From Candidatus Latescibacterota bacterium (lineage in GTDB: Bacteria > Latescibacterota > UBA2968): DNA of 24,601 nt. A model generated the notes under the pieces. That model was not told the origin of the DNA and ran no database searches. It saw nothing but the letters and a program-made list of their open reading frames with translations. Below are positions 1 to 9,960 of this stretch, piece by piece. The translations under genes were made by a program, and so were the position numbers. Location of the stretch: positions 1 to 24,601 of the forward strand of contig JAYODI010000084.1 in NCBI GenBank assembly GCA_038279365.1, written 5' to 3'. Each line of letters starts with the position of its first letter. The first letter of the stretch is position 1.

Positions 1-80
1 TGAGGGGTGGTTACCGGCGTTGCCATTTGCGAGTGTGAGTGCGGAATTTTGAAATTGCTGTGCGTGATTCGTTTTTTTGA

Positions 81-2255
81 TTATGGATTTTCCTGAAACC
101 ATTTTTGAATCAGTGCGGAATGAGGGTAATTGGGATTGATTTCAAGTAGTTTTTGATAATATGTGCGTACCTGATCGCGTTGTCCCAATTGTTCGTAGAC
201 CATGCCCAAACTGTGATATGCCGATATAAATTGTGGGTTTAATCGTATGACTTCTTCAAATGCGGTAACGGCATCATTCCATTGATGCAATTCTGCCAGG
301 GCAAGACCTCGGTTAAAATGTGCGGCTACCAAGTTGGGTTGTAAGGTGAGGGCTATCTTGAGATGTTTGAGCGCTTCATTATAATTTTGTAAGCCCAGAT
401 AGGTATTGCCAATGTTGGCTTGGGCAAATGCATGATTGGGCGCAGTTTGAATGGCTTGTAACAAAACGTCACGTGCGGCCTGGTAATTGCCCATTGCATT
501 ATATGTGTTGCCTAAGTTGTTCAGGGCTTCCGTGAAATGGGGTTTGTTTTTTAGGGCTTGTAGATGTGCATCTACGGCTTTTTTGTATTGGCCTAATGCG
601 TGGTGAGCGACGCCCAAATTTGTGTATGCTTCGGATAAGTTGGCATCCAAACTGAGCGCGTGTTCATAAGCCGAAATGGCTTCTTCATATCGTTCTAATT
701 GATTGAGCGCGTTTCCCAAGTTGGAATATGCACCTGCAAAATCGGGTGTAATGGCCACTGCTTGAAGAAAATGTTGCAGGGCGTTTTCGGGTTGGCCCAT
801 GCGTCGATACAAATTGCCTGCGGCATTCCAGTGTCGTGGGTGTTTGGGGTCGGCTTTGAGGGCTTGTTTGTAGGCTTCTAAGGCAAGGTCTAACTGGTTA
901 TTTGACCGATAGTATCCTCCTAACGTTTCCCATCCATACGATTGTGCATAGGGCGATAACGCGCTTGTTTGTAATGCCATCTTAAATCGTGCCTCTGCTT
1001 TGCTTGGGGTGGTGTTTACACCGATCCAAAGGATTACATGGAGGGCACCGATGCCAATCAAAACGGGGCCGCTTGATTTTACTGCTCCCTTGCGCACAAA
1101 AGCATAGGTGCACCAAAAGATGAAAGGCAAAGTTGCCACGCCCATGACATCCCAATCGCGAAAGGCACCAATTTTAGCATTTGCGATGAGGGTAAATAAC
1201 ACCGGAAAAAGAGCGGCTGTTACAAGAAATATCTCGGTGATATTTTGTGGCCTGAGCTTGCGCCCACACAAAAACAAAATGCCTATGCCTGCTGGTATGA
1301 CCAATAAATATTGATTGGCGACATCAACAACACGTGCGATGGATAAAAGACTGTATGGGCGATGAAAGTCTGCTTCGAATGTTAAAAAAGCTGCGCCCCC
1401 TGACTGCTTTAAGATTTGCCAAGGTGGTAGCCCCGAAACCCACAATAAACCACAGGCAATAATGCTTGTTAAAAACAGTGAGATACACCCTTGTTTGATC
1501 TGTTTTTGTGTGAGGATGAGCAGGGATGGGATGAGTAGAACATAGATTAAATGCAAGGGGATGAGTATGCCGAGTAATATTGCGGGCAAATAAAGAGCAC
1601 GTTTTTCCTGTAAGGCATATTGGCCCGCTAACAAATAGGCCAAGCTCATGGGCAAAAGCAGGGCATAGGTTTCGATATATCCAAAAAAGAGCAATGCAAA
1701 GCTTGGCGTTACCAAAAGCCCCAATGCAACAATACGCTCTGCTCGTATTCGCCCAACTCGGTAAGCGGACAAAAACGCCAACAAGACATATAAGACACCC
1801 GCTGTCCAACTGTAAATCTGGTATGTGATCTCGGCAGTGAATCCTAATTTTTTGAGTTGTCCGATGAGGAAGAAAATGAGAGGCGCACGATCGGGTTGAT
1901 GGGTTGCATCGGGGTTTGTTTGTGACAGTTCGCGCAACAACAAGGCACCGTCGCCCAGAAAATGGGTGGTGGATGGGAAAAGATAGAACAGAAACAATGC
2001 AGAACTGATGAGCAACAAAAGACGCAACCAATGGGGAATTTTTTGACAAAGCCATTCGGCTATTTGCATGATACCGTTGCGCACTGCTGGGATAAATAGG
2101 GCGCTTAAACAGACCAAGGTCAATATCTGCATCCACGTAGGAAAAAATATAAGTAAGTGTATGCCCCAAAAGGCATCGGCAAAACCGAGTGTGACCAGTA
2201 CATAGAGCCCCAACCAAAAGGCTAAAAAAATGGACATTTTGTGTGTGTCAATCAT
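81..2255 (-). CDS. Polytopic membrane protein with C-terminal TPR array (possible GT-C/TMTC-like architecture)
   Basis: 724-aa ORF. The N-terminal ~420 aa has many hydrophobic helices with GYIETY and RDWD loop motifs. The C-terminus has about eight 34-aa TPR repeats (e.g. AYSNLGNALNQLERYEEAISAYEHALSLDAN). Confidence 0.9.
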   Translation of the reverse strand: MIDTHKMSIFLAFWLGLYVLVTLGFADAFWGIHLLIFFPTWMQILTLVCLSALFIPAVRNGIMQIAEWLCQKIPHWLRLLLLISSALFLFYLFPSTTHFLGDGALLLRELSQTNPDATHQPDRAPLIFFLIGQLKKLGFTAEITYQIYSWTAGVLYVLLAFLSAYRVGRIRAERIVALGLLVTPSFALLFFGYIETYALLLPMSLAYLLAGQYALQEKRALYLPAILLGILIPLHLIYVLLIPSLLILTQKQIKQGCISLFLTSIIACGLLWVSGLPPWQILKQSGGAAFLTFEADFHRPYSLLSIARVVDVANQYLLVIPAGIGILFLCGRKLRPQNITEIFLVTAALFPVLFTLIANAKIGAFRDWDVMGVATLPFIFWCTYAFVRKGAVKSSGPVLIGIGALHVILWIGVNTTPSKAEARFKMALQTSALSPYAQSYGWETLGGYYRSNNQLDLALEAYKQALKADPKHPRHWNAAGNLYRRMGQPENALQHFLQAVAITPDFAGAYSNLGNALNQLERYEEAISAYEHALSLDANLSEAYTNLGVAHHALGQYKKAVDAHLQALKNKPHFTEALNNLGNTYNAMGNYQAARDVLLQAIQTAPNHAFAQANIGNTYLGLQNYNEALKHLKIALTLQPNLVAAHFNRGLALAELHQWNDAVTAFEEVIRLNPQFISAYHSLGMVYEQLGQRDQVRTYYQKLLEINPNYPHSALIQKWFQENP

Positions 2256-2565
2256 GAGGCACAGTGTAGATTAAAAAATGAAGGTTTAAAGGGCGAAATG
2301 GTGCAGACTGTTTGCCGTTGCCTTTTTAAGGCAGTGTTTTTTAGCCCTGCGTAATCTCATAAGAGATGTGTTTGATTGTCGGTCGTGCGGTTTAAATTGT
2401 CAAGTGAAACGTCTTTGTATGAATGGATATTTGTAGATCGAAGGATAAATTTTCAAGTGGGTGATGTGATGCCCTAAAAAAATCCTTTTATTGTTTTGTG
2501 TGCGTATTAAATTGGTTAATCACCTGAATTAGTGTATCGGTGTTTTTTAATAAAGGATTTTGAAA

Positions 2566-3633
2566 ATGCCTGAAGAACGCAAGATTCGCGCTGGTTTTAT
2601 TGGATGTGGTGGTCATGCTTTTCGCAATGTGTATCCTACGTTTCAGTTTGCACCCGTCGATTTGATTGCGACATGTGATTTGGATGAAGGTCGGGCCAAG
2701 CAATTTGCCCGTCAGTTTGGTGCGCACAGACATTATACCAACCATCATGAGATGTTGGAAAAAGAAGATTTGGATGCGGTTTTTATTGTGACGGGTTATG
2801 ACAAACAGAACCACCCCCTATACCCACCTTTGGCCATTGATTGCATGCGGGCGGGTTGTCATGCGTGGATTGAGAAACCACCCGCTTCGAGTGCCGCCGA
2901 AATTGAAGCGATGATGGCAGTGGAAAAAGAGACAGGTAAGTTTGTGTTGGTGGGCGTTAAAAAGGCATTTTTCCCTGCCATTCAACGGATGAAAGAAATT
3001 ACGGAACGCCCCGAATTTGGAGGGGTGACGTCTATCAATATCAAGTATCCGCAGTATATTCCCGATGCAGATGAAAAGGTCTTGGAAAACAGCACAAAGA
3101 TGCGCAGTTTTTTGGATCATCTGGTGCATCCAGGGTCGATTATCGATTATGTGATGGGGCCGATTCGGCATATTTATTATGAGCGCAGCCCCAATGGTGG
3201 AGGCGTGGTGTCGATGAAATTTATGAACGATGCCACTGGCGTATTGCACCTAAGTGCAGGACGTTCGGGTACCTCGCCACTTGAGCGTGTGGAAGTGGTG
3301 GGCAATGGGGCCAATGTGATTGTGGACAATGGGGTGAAACTGACGTATTACCGCAAAGGTGGGCGTGGGCCAGGTGGGTATGGACGTGCGACCAATTTTA
3401 TGGGATCTGATGATGAAGCACCGATTTATTGGGAGCCAGAGTGGTCATTGGGCCAGCTTTATAACAAGCAGATTTTTTTGTTGGGGTATGCATTTGAAGT
3501 GATTGAATTTGCCGAATGTATATTGGAAAATCGCTATCCCACACGGGGTTGTTTGGCGTCGGCTTTGGAGTTGATGAAGCTGTATGAGGCATTTCAAAAG
3601 CCACCAGGTGAAGTGATTGTTGTCAATGGATAG
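2566..3633 (+). CDS. Gfo/Idh/MocA family NAD(P)-dependent oxidoreductase
   Basis: N-terminal GFIGCGGHA Rossmann motif, DLDAVFI and WIEKP motifs. ATG at 2566 follows AAGGA. Confidence 0.92.
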   Translation: MPEERKIRAGFIGCGGHAFRNVYPTFQFAPVDLIATCDLDEGRAKQFARQFGAHRHYTNHHEMLEKEDLDAVFIVTGYDKQNHPLYPPLAIDCMRAGCHAWIEKPPASSAAEIEAMMAVEKETGKFVLVGVKKAFFPAIQRMKEITERPEFGGVTSINIKYPQYIPDADEKVLENSTKMRSFLDHLVHPGSIIDYVMGPIRHIYYERSPNGGGVVSMKFMNDATGVLHLSAGRSGTSPLERVEVVGNGANVIVDNGVKLTYYRKGGRGPGGYGRATNFMGSDDEAPIYWEPEWSLGQLYNKQIFLLGYAFEVIEFAECILENRYPTRGCLASALELMKLYEAFQKPPGEVIVVNG

Positions 3634-3746
3634 GTGCCGATGGGCATTTATTTGTTTGCCCAAAAGCTGTTATCCATGCTGTGATTTATTGACTTACCAG
3701 ACGTGCCGGGGGTGGGTTGAATAACACGTTTTCAAAGGGTCTGACG

Positions 3747-5117
3747 ATGCGATTCTTTTTTTCTGTTTTGATGGGTTTGTTTTTGGTTTCGACCGTTGTG
3801 GCTGAGGAAGCCACGGTATCTTCTGAAACCATAATATCTGAGCAATTTGCACCAAGCACAGGTGATTTGCGGTTTTTTGTGGATTCAGGTGTGTTTCGGG
3901 GCCCAGAGAATGGTCTGATGCGGTTGGATGTATTTTTACTTGTTGATGCCACGCAATTTGCTTTGGTAACTGAAAAAGGCAAGTATAAAGCGCAATACGA
4001 TTTGACATTGCGTGTGGTAGATGAAAGCCAAAAAACCATTAAGCGGCAAACGTGGACACGCAATCTTTTCCTTCAAAAACCTGCCGATGGACAAGAAGGA
4101 CAAGCACCGTATCGCGATCGGGTTTGGCTTGATTTGACACCCGGAACGTATCAATTGGTGGTTGAAGTGGATGATATGTTTGGCGATAAGCGCGGCGTTT
4201 GTAAAGGCGGGGTAGATGTTTACAATTTTGAAGAAGATGCGTTGTTGTTTAGTGATTTGATTTGTGCAGGAGAGGTAACACCTGCACAAAATGCAGGTCG
4301 TTTTGTGCGGTATCAGTGGGATGTGGTTCCCAACATTACGCGGCGGTATCTGGTTGATAAAACGGTTCCGATTTATTATGAGCTTTATAATTTGGCGATG
4401 AGCGACGATCCAACACGCAATTCATTTGTCATTGAATACAGTTTGACGGATTCGGTGGGGGGGGTTGTTAAAAAATATCCTGCAAAACGGTATGGCACAT
4501 CGGGAGCCAGTGCAGTACAAACGGCCGATCTTTCTACGACAGATGTCAAACCAGGTATTTACTGGGTGCAAGTGGCTGCTTTTGATCGGGCAGGTAAGCG
4601 GGGTGCCAAACAAAGACGGCGTGTTGTTTTGGCCAGTTTGAAAGAACCGACGCCAGAAATATCGGAACAAGATGCAGCCCAGTTGCGCTATTATAAAGAT
4701 ATTCGGTATTTGGCCAAACCTCAGGAATTGAAGCAGTATGAAAATTTGCCGGAATCGGCACAGTTAAATTTTTTACGCCAGTTTTGGAAGGCGCAAGATC
4801 CAACACCTGATACACCCGTGAATGAGCGTTTGATTCAACACCTTCAGCGCATGCATTATGTGGAGACCAATTTTTCGAGAACCAATACACAAGAGCCCAT
4901 CGATACCGACCGTGGGCGGGTTTATATTAAATATGGGCCCCCCGATGATATTGAGCGCGTGTCTTCTTCTGCAGAAGAAAAAGCATCTGAAGTGTGGCAT
5001 TATGGGCGATATGAATTTATTTTTCGCGATTCAAATGGGTTGGGTGTGTATCGTTTGGTGCATTCGACCTATCCGGGTGAGGTATATAACCCCGATTGGC
5101 GCCTGCAAACGTATTAA
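3747..5117 (+). CDS. GWxTD-domain family exported protein (motif variant PIDTDRG)
   Basis: Signal-peptide-like start MRFFFSVLMGLFLVSTVVA. C-terminal FWKAQDPTPDTPVNE...R...TDRGRVYIKYGPPD...EVWHY...FIFRD signature. Confidence 0.85.
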   Translation: MRFFFSVLMGLFLVSTVVAEEATVSSETIISEQFAPSTGDLRFFVDSGVFRGPENGLMRLDVFLLVDATQFALVTEKGKYKAQYDLTLRVVDESQKTIKRQTWTRNLFLQKPADGQEGQAPYRDRVWLDLTPGTYQLVVEVDDMFGDKRGVCKGGVDVYNFEEDALLFSDLICAGEVTPAQNAGRFVRYQWDVVPNITRRYLVDKTVPIYYELYNLAMSDDPTRNSFVIEYSLTDSVGGVVKKYPAKRYGTSGASAVQTADLSTTDVKPGIYWVQVAAFDRAGKRGAKQRRRVVLASLKEPTPEISEQDAAQLRYYKDIRYLAKPQELKQYENLPESAQLNFLRQFWKAQDPTPDTPVNERLIQHLQRMHYVETNFSRTNTQEPIDTDRGRVYIKYGPPDDIERVSSSAEEKASEVWHYGRYEFIFRDSNGLGVYRLVHSTYPGEVYNPDWRLQTY

Positions 5118-5162
5118 TGATGGATTTTTAAGGGCCAGATAAAAAAATATGGCTGATGGTGG

Positions 5163-5206
5163 TTGACAAATGATGGGTTATTGTTAAAATTTAACCGAAC
5201 GGTCAA
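5163..5206 (+). promoter_or_regulatory. Sigma70-type promoter and palindromic TetR operator
   Basis: TTGACA (5163-5168), 16-bp spacer, extended -10 TGtTAAAAT (5182-5190). Immediately followed by the imperfect palindrome TTAACCGAACGGTCAA (5191-5206), resembling the NemR-type TAGACC-N4-GGTCTA box. Confidence 0.7.
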
Positions 5207-5219
5207 CTATGGAGATGGT

Positions 5220-5831
5220 ATGGGACGAACAAGTGATGCTAAAGAGCGGTTGATTCAGGCTGCAATGGCGTTGATTCACGCGCGCAGTTATGCCGATGTG
5301 GGCGTACAGGAGTTGTGCGAACATGCTGGGGTCAAAAAGGGCAGTTTTTATCACTTTTTTAACACCAAGCAAGATTTGGTGCTGGCGGCCTTGGATCAGT
5401 GGTGGGCTTTTGCCAAAGAACGCAATTGGAATGATGCGTTTTCGCCTACGCGCCCGCCATTAGAGCGCATTGAGCGTTTTTTTGAGATCAATTATGAGCA
5501 AAATGTTGCAGAGTTTGAGCAGATGGGGCAGTTTAGTGGCTGCCCGTTTGGCAATTTATCGATTGAGATGTGTTGTCAAGACGATGCCATTCGTACCAAG
5601 ATCCACGCCATTTTTGACGATGTGGTTGGGCGACTCAAGCAAACTTTGGACGATGCGGTGGCCAATAAAATTTTGGCGCCGATGGACACCCAAGAAACAG
5701 CTTTGGCACTGTGGGCCTATTGTGAAGGTGTGTTGATGTTGGCTAAAGCAAGACAAGATTTGGATTTGTTGCGTCGTTTGGGCAAACGCGCGGTGCGTTT
5801 TTTACAAGGTTCTGGGCGCAAAGCGGCTTAA
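5220..5831 (+). CDS. TetR/AcrR family regulator (NemR/YxaF-like)
   Basis: HTH region AGVKKGSFYHFFNTKQDL and C-terminal GCPFGNL motif. ATG at 5220 follows GGAG. The upstream TTG of the ORF track is the -35 box. Confidence 0.92.
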   Translation: MGRTSDAKERLIQAAMALIHARSYADVGVQELCEHAGVKKGSFYHFFNTKQDLVLAALDQWWAFAKERNWNDAFSPTRPPLERIERFFEINYEQNVAEFEQMGQFSGCPFGNLSIEMCCQDDAIRTKIHAIFDDVVGRLKQTLDDAVANKILAPMDTQETALALWAYCEGVLMLAKARQDLDLLRRLGKRAVRFLQGSGRKAA

Positions 5832-5897
5832 TAACGTGATTTTTATTTGAATTTTAGGAGATTTTTATTGTTCTATTGCGTTGGTTTTTAAGAGGGT

Positions 5898-6560
5898 ATG
5901 GTTATGTCTTTAACTGCAGAATTGGATGTGTTGCGCGAGGGTGCAATAAGTAGGATGCCTTCTGAGGCATTGGGGGCTATTAAACATTCTATTGAGGATT
6001 TGTCTCGGTCGGGTATTGGGGCGCGAAGTTTAAAAGTGGGCGATGTTGTGCCTGACTTTGAATTGCCCAATGCTGTTGGGAAACGGGTGCGGTTGAAAAC
6101 GTTGCTCAAAGATGGGCCCGTGGTTGCTACCTTTTACCGCGGTGGATGGTGCCCATTTTGTTCGGCAGAGTTGCAGGCATATGAAAATGTGTTTGAAGAA
6201 ATAAAAAAATTGGGTGCAACGGTGGTGGCCATTTCCCCACAGACGCCAGATAACTCATTGACCACTGCTGAAAAACAAAATTTGACCTTTGAAGTGCTCA
6301 GCGATGTGTTTAATGATGTGGCACGACAATTTGGTATTGTTTACCATGTGCAAGATGAATTGCAAGCACTATATGAAGATTTGGGATTGGATTTGCCTGC
6401 ATTGAATGGCGACAGCAGTTTTGATTTGCCTGTACCTGCTACATATGTGATTGATCAGGTGGGTATGGTTCGCATGGCTTTTGTTGATCCAGACTATACA
6501 CGCCGTTTAGATCCTGCCGAAGTTTTGTCGGTGTTGCGATCTTTGCGCCGTTCAACGTAA
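5898..6560 (+). CDS. Peroxiredoxin-like AhpC/TSA family protein
   Basis: PDFELPN, FYRGGWCPFC (CxxC), VVAISPQ and LPVPATYVID motifs. Confidence 0.9.
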   Translation: MVMSLTAELDVLREGAISRMPSEALGAIKHSIEDLSRSGIGARSLKVGDVVPDFELPNAVGKRVRLKTLLKDGPVVATFYRGGWCPFCSAELQAYENVFEEIKKLGATVVAISPQTPDNSLTTAEKQNLTFEVLSDVFNDVARQFGIVYHVQDELQALYEDLGLDLPALNGDSSFDLPVPATYVIDQVGMVRMAFVDPDYTRRLDPAEVLSVLRSLRRST

Positions 6561-6646
6561 AAAATTTAATCATTTGTTCACATGGTGTTTATGTGTTGGC
6601 AATGATCAAATGGTATTCTTGTGTTGCGCGTAAGGTAAGCCCTCCT

Positions 6647-6684
6647 GAAGGCGACAATGTGGATGCATTGTCGCCTTCGTTTTT
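6647..6684 (+). terminator. Rho-independent terminator-like hairpin
   Basis: Perfect 13-bp inverted repeat GAAGGCGACAATG / CATTGTCGCCTTC followed by GTTTTT. Confidence 0.7.
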
Positions 6685-6686
6685 AT

Positions 6687-6729
6687 AAAAAAACCGCCTT
6701 TCACATCTTAAGTGAAGGCGGTTTTTTTT
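6687..6729. terminator. Bidirectional terminator between convergent genes
   Basis: A7-CCGCCTTTCAC-loop-GTGAAGGCGG-T8. Confidence 0.8.
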
Positions 6730-6756
6730 GATGTTTCTTTGAATGTGTGGAAGATG

Positions 6757-7524
6757 CTATGTGGTTGTTAAACCGCCATCTATCACAAAATTGGCACCTG
6801 TGGCGTAGCTTGCATCGGGGGTCGCCAAAAAAGTGATCATGGGGGCAATGTCTTCTGGCACCCCCACGCGCCCCAGTGGAATGGCATCACGCAAGCGTTG
6901 ATCGCGACCTGCTGGGTCGGGGTGTTGGTCGTGGTTGGGGGTGCGTGCCAGTGCGCCAGGGCACACGCTGTTGCATCGAATGCCGTGTTTGGCATAGTGA
7001 ACAGCAATGTAACGGCTCAGGCCAATAAGGCCATGTTTGCCCGACATGTAAGACACATTGCGTGATGACCCATTTAGTGCGGTGATGGAAGCGACAATGA
7101 CCACGACGCCTCCTGTGTTTTGTGCGACCATTTGTGCAAGACCGTATTTGGTGGTGAGATACACACCGCGATAATTGATGTTGTGGGTGTGATCCCACAC
7201 GTCTTCGGGCAAGGTATGGAGGTTTACATCTTCGTTGTGCATTTGAATGCCTGCATTGGGCACGAGAATGTCGAGAGAGCCAAATTTATCAACGGTTTGG
7301 GCCACTGCGGCTTCTACTTGATTGGCATTGGAAACATCGGTGGGGATGCCAATGGCTTCATATCCGGCCTCTGTGAGTTCTTTGGCCACGGCGTGAACAC
7401 CCTCGGCTGGTACGCCCGTGATGGCGATTTTGGCTCCTTCTTTGGCCATGAGGCGCGCGGTTGCCGCACCAATGCCACTGCCTGCCCCGGTGATGAGTGC
7501 AACTTTGCCTTCGAGTTTTCCCAT
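6757..7524 (-). CDS. SDR family oxidoreductase
   Basis: TGAGSGIG, PNAG, YMSGK (YxxxK), IRCNSVCPG and IDGG motifs. ATG at 7524 follows GAAGGAG. Confidence 0.93.
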   Translation of the reverse strand: MGKLEGKVALITGAGSGIGAATARLMAKEGAKIAITGVPAEGVHAVAKELTEAGYEAIGIPTDVSNANQVEAAVAQTVDKFGSLDILVPNAGIQMHNEDVNLHTLPEDVWDHTHNINYRGVYLTTKYGLAQMVAQNTGGVVVIVASITALNGSSRNVSYMSGKHGLIGLSRYIAVHYAKHGIRCNSVCPGALARTPNHDQHPDPAGRDQRLRDAIPLGRVGVPEDIAPMITFLATPDASYATGANFVIDGGLTTT

Positions 7525-7718
7525 GGTATCTCCTTCAGGGTTAAACATGCATATCGATTGCTTCGGATATGTTATACCCAATCACTTGCAGATGTTTTTA
7601 GAAAATCATTTAGAGGAACGCCTGCCCCCCAATTAGAAATGTTTGTTGGGGCTTAAAAGCTTTTTTGAATGCGTCTATACCGGGCAAAGGACTAAGAGGC
7701 TGTTTATGTTTAGAGGCC

Positions 7719-9617
7719 TTAGTATAAGACTCGAGATTTGATGGTGTGATCGATGTTGCGCAGTGATTTGATGATGTCGCGATCATGGGCTTTGTCGATG
7801 TCTGTGATCACATAACCAATGGTTTCGTTGGTTTTAAGATATTGCCCAACAATGTTGATGTTGTGGCTGGCCAGCACGTGGTTAATGCGGGCCAAGATGC
7901 CAGGCACATTTTCGTGGATGTGAATGAGGCGATGTGCATTTTCCAATTTGGGCAATTGGAGGTTGGGGAAATTTGCACTGATGGATGTGCTGCCTGTGTT
8001 GATATAGTCCATAATTTTGTTGGGCACAAATTCGGCAATGTTTTCTTGTGCTTCTATGGTACTGCCGCCCACGTGTGGTGACAAGATGGTGTTGGGCAAA
8101 CCGCGAAGGGGAGATATAAATTTTTCATCGTTGCTTTTGGGTTCGTTGGGAAAGACATCGATGGCTGTTCCGGCGACTTTGCCACTTTCAATATTTGTTT
8201 TTAAGGCGTCTATATCCACCACATGGCCTCTGCTTAGGTTGATGAAGATGACACCGTTTTTCATCCATTCAAATTCTTGTTTGCCAATGAGGTTGTGATT
8301 TTCTTTGCGCCCGTCAATGTGTAGGGTAACAATGTCGGCGTGGTTGAGCAGTTCTTGTAGGGTGGCGCATTTTGTGGCATTGCCCAAGGCTAATTTTTCT
8401 TCTACGTCGTAATACAAAACTTTGAGCCCAAGTGATTCGGCCAAAACGGAAAGTTGAGCCCCAATGTTGCCATAGCCCACAATGCCCAAGGTTTTGCCAC
8501 GAATTTCAAAACTGCCTTGGGCCGATTTGTCCCAGTGGCCGTTGTGCATGGCCACAGAGCGGTCAAATACTTGGCGCATGAGCATGATGATGTTGGCAAT
8601 GGCGAGTTCGACAACCGAACGGGTGTTGCTAAATGGGGCATTGAAGACGGCCACGCCTTTTTTGAGGCATGCGTTTAAATCGATTTGGTTGGTACCAATG
8701 CAAAATGCCCCAATGGCGATGAGGCGGTTGGCGTGGTTGAGCACTTTTTGAGTGACTTGGGTTTTGGAGCGAATACCGAGTATGGAAACGTTTTTGATTT
8801 TTTCACACAGCTCGTCTTCATCTAACCCACCAGCGTGAACGGTGACGTTGTAGCCTTCTTCTTTCATGAGTTCAACGGCTTTGGGATGAATGTTTTCGAG
8901 CAAGAGGACGTTGATCCGATTTTTGGGGTAGGATATGGCTGTGTTGAGGTTGTTGAGATAGAGAAATTCATCGAGGCTTGGTGTGACGTGGTCGGCTTTT
9001 TCTAAAATATTTTCGCGGGCGACATTTTCGGTGAACACATAAAACTTGTCGGCCAACCCTGCTTCCTTGATTTCGTAATCGGTATATCCATCGCCAATGA
9101 CATAGACGTCGCCTTGTAGGTCGAGCTGTTTGAGTTGTTCTACTTTACCTTTGTTTGAAGACAGCACATTGTTTTTGTCATAGCTGACAATGTTGCCACT
9201 GTCATCAAATTCGAATGTGTTGGCAAAGACGTGTTCGGCTTTGATGTTGTATTCGGTTACAATGGGCACAATGAAGTCTTTAAAGCCGTTGGAGAGAATA
9301 AAGATTTGTTCGCGGTGGCGGTTAAAAAAGTCGGTGTTTCTTCTAAATGAGGTAGAGACATTTTTTTTGAGTTCTTCAATGAGTTTGGGCAAATGGCTTT
9401 TGTTGGCTTTGAGCAGTTCCAAACGTTGCTCGAGTGATTCACGAAGCGTTTGTGTGCCGGCCATGCCACGATCGGTGATGTCTTTTATTTTTTGGAGGCG
9501 TTCGTTTTTATCTGGGGCATCCTTGAGTGCAATTTCACCCAATATGTCGAGTGCTTCCACTTGTGTAAAGGTGCTGTCAAAGTCGATGATATAATAAGTC
9601 GTTGCTGTTTTTGTCAT
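7719..9617 (-). CDS. serA: D-3-phosphoglycerate dehydrogenase with N-terminal HAD phosphoserine-phosphatase-like domain and C-terminal ACT domain
   Basis: N-terminal DFDST and IGDGYTD HAD motifs. SerA core GIRSKT, FCIGTNQ, FNAPFSNTRSVVEL, GYGNIG, SPHVGGSTIEAQ. ACT domain HENVPGILA. Confidence 0.95.
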   Translation of the reverse strand: MTKTATTYYIIDFDSTFTQVEALDILGEIALKDAPDKNERLQKIKDITDRGMAGTQTLRESLEQRLELLKANKSHLPKLIEELKKNVSTSFRRNTDFFNRHREQIFILSNGFKDFIVPIVTEYNIKAEHVFANTFEFDDSGNIVSYDKNNVLSSNKGKVEQLKQLDLQGDVYVIGDGYTDYEIKEAGLADKFYVFTENVARENILEKADHVTPSLDEFLYLNNLNTAISYPKNRINVLLLENIHPKAVELMKEEGYNVTVHAGGLDEDELCEKIKNVSILGIRSKTQVTQKVLNHANRLIAIGAFCIGTNQIDLNACLKKGVAVFNAPFSNTRSVVELAIANIIMLMRQVFDRSVAMHNGHWDKSAQGSFEIRGKTLGIVGYGNIGAQLSVLAESLGLKVLYYDVEEKLALGNATKCATLQELLNHADIVTLHIDGRKENHNLIGKQEFEWMKNGVIFINLSRGHVVDIDALKTNIESGKVAGTAIDVFPNEPKSNDEKFISPLRGLPNTILSPHVGGSTIEAQENIAEFVPNKIMDYINTGSTSISANFPNLQLPKLENAHRLIHIHENVPGILARINHVLASHNINIVGQYLKTNETIGYVITDIDKAHDRDIIKSLRNIDHTIKSRVLY

Positions 9618-9728
9618 GGTTTTTGACCATTCCTATGGGTAAATATTTATGAATGTAAATTATGTTTTGTAATGTAAAATATTAACAAGGCAAATTAAAC
9701 AAAATGTTAAGGTTCAAGCAAATGAAAT

Positions 9729-9766
9729 AAAAAAAACCGTTCTTAATAAAAACAAGAACGGTTTTT
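9729..9766 (-). terminator. Rho-independent terminator downstream of the hicB remnant
   Basis: AAAAACCGTTCTT / AAGAACGGTTTTT inverted repeat with a long T run on the minus strand. Confidence 0.75.
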
Positions 9767-9789
9767 CGCTTCATAGAACTATAAGTGTG

Positions 9790-9960
9790 TTAGACAACAT
9801 GGAGCATTTTATTGGCGTAATCTCGACCAGATGTGGGAGGCGGAAGGGGTTTGTTTTCTCTTTGATAGGATGCAATCACATCATCAACAATATCACACAA
9901 TTCAGCAAAAACAATTTGTGCATTTTCTCCGTGACACCCACCATAAAACAGTCCAGGTGC
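9790..9960 (-). pseudogene. hicB: 3' remnant of a HicB-like antitoxin gene (no start codon)
   Basis: Manual translation: APGLFYGGCHGENAQIVFAELCDIVDDVIASYQRENKPLPPPTSGRDYANKMLHVV*. This matches the HicB-like pattern PGL..G.HG...EL...V...I......G.PLP. There is an in-frame TAG upstream at 10021-10023 and no ATG. Confidence 0.7.

Noticed and set aside
1324-2217. 297-aa alternative-frame ORF and other long shadow ORFs (e.g. 18057-18776, 21069-21857, 17292-17930)
   Set aside because: They overlap well-supported genes and carry no recognisable motifs.
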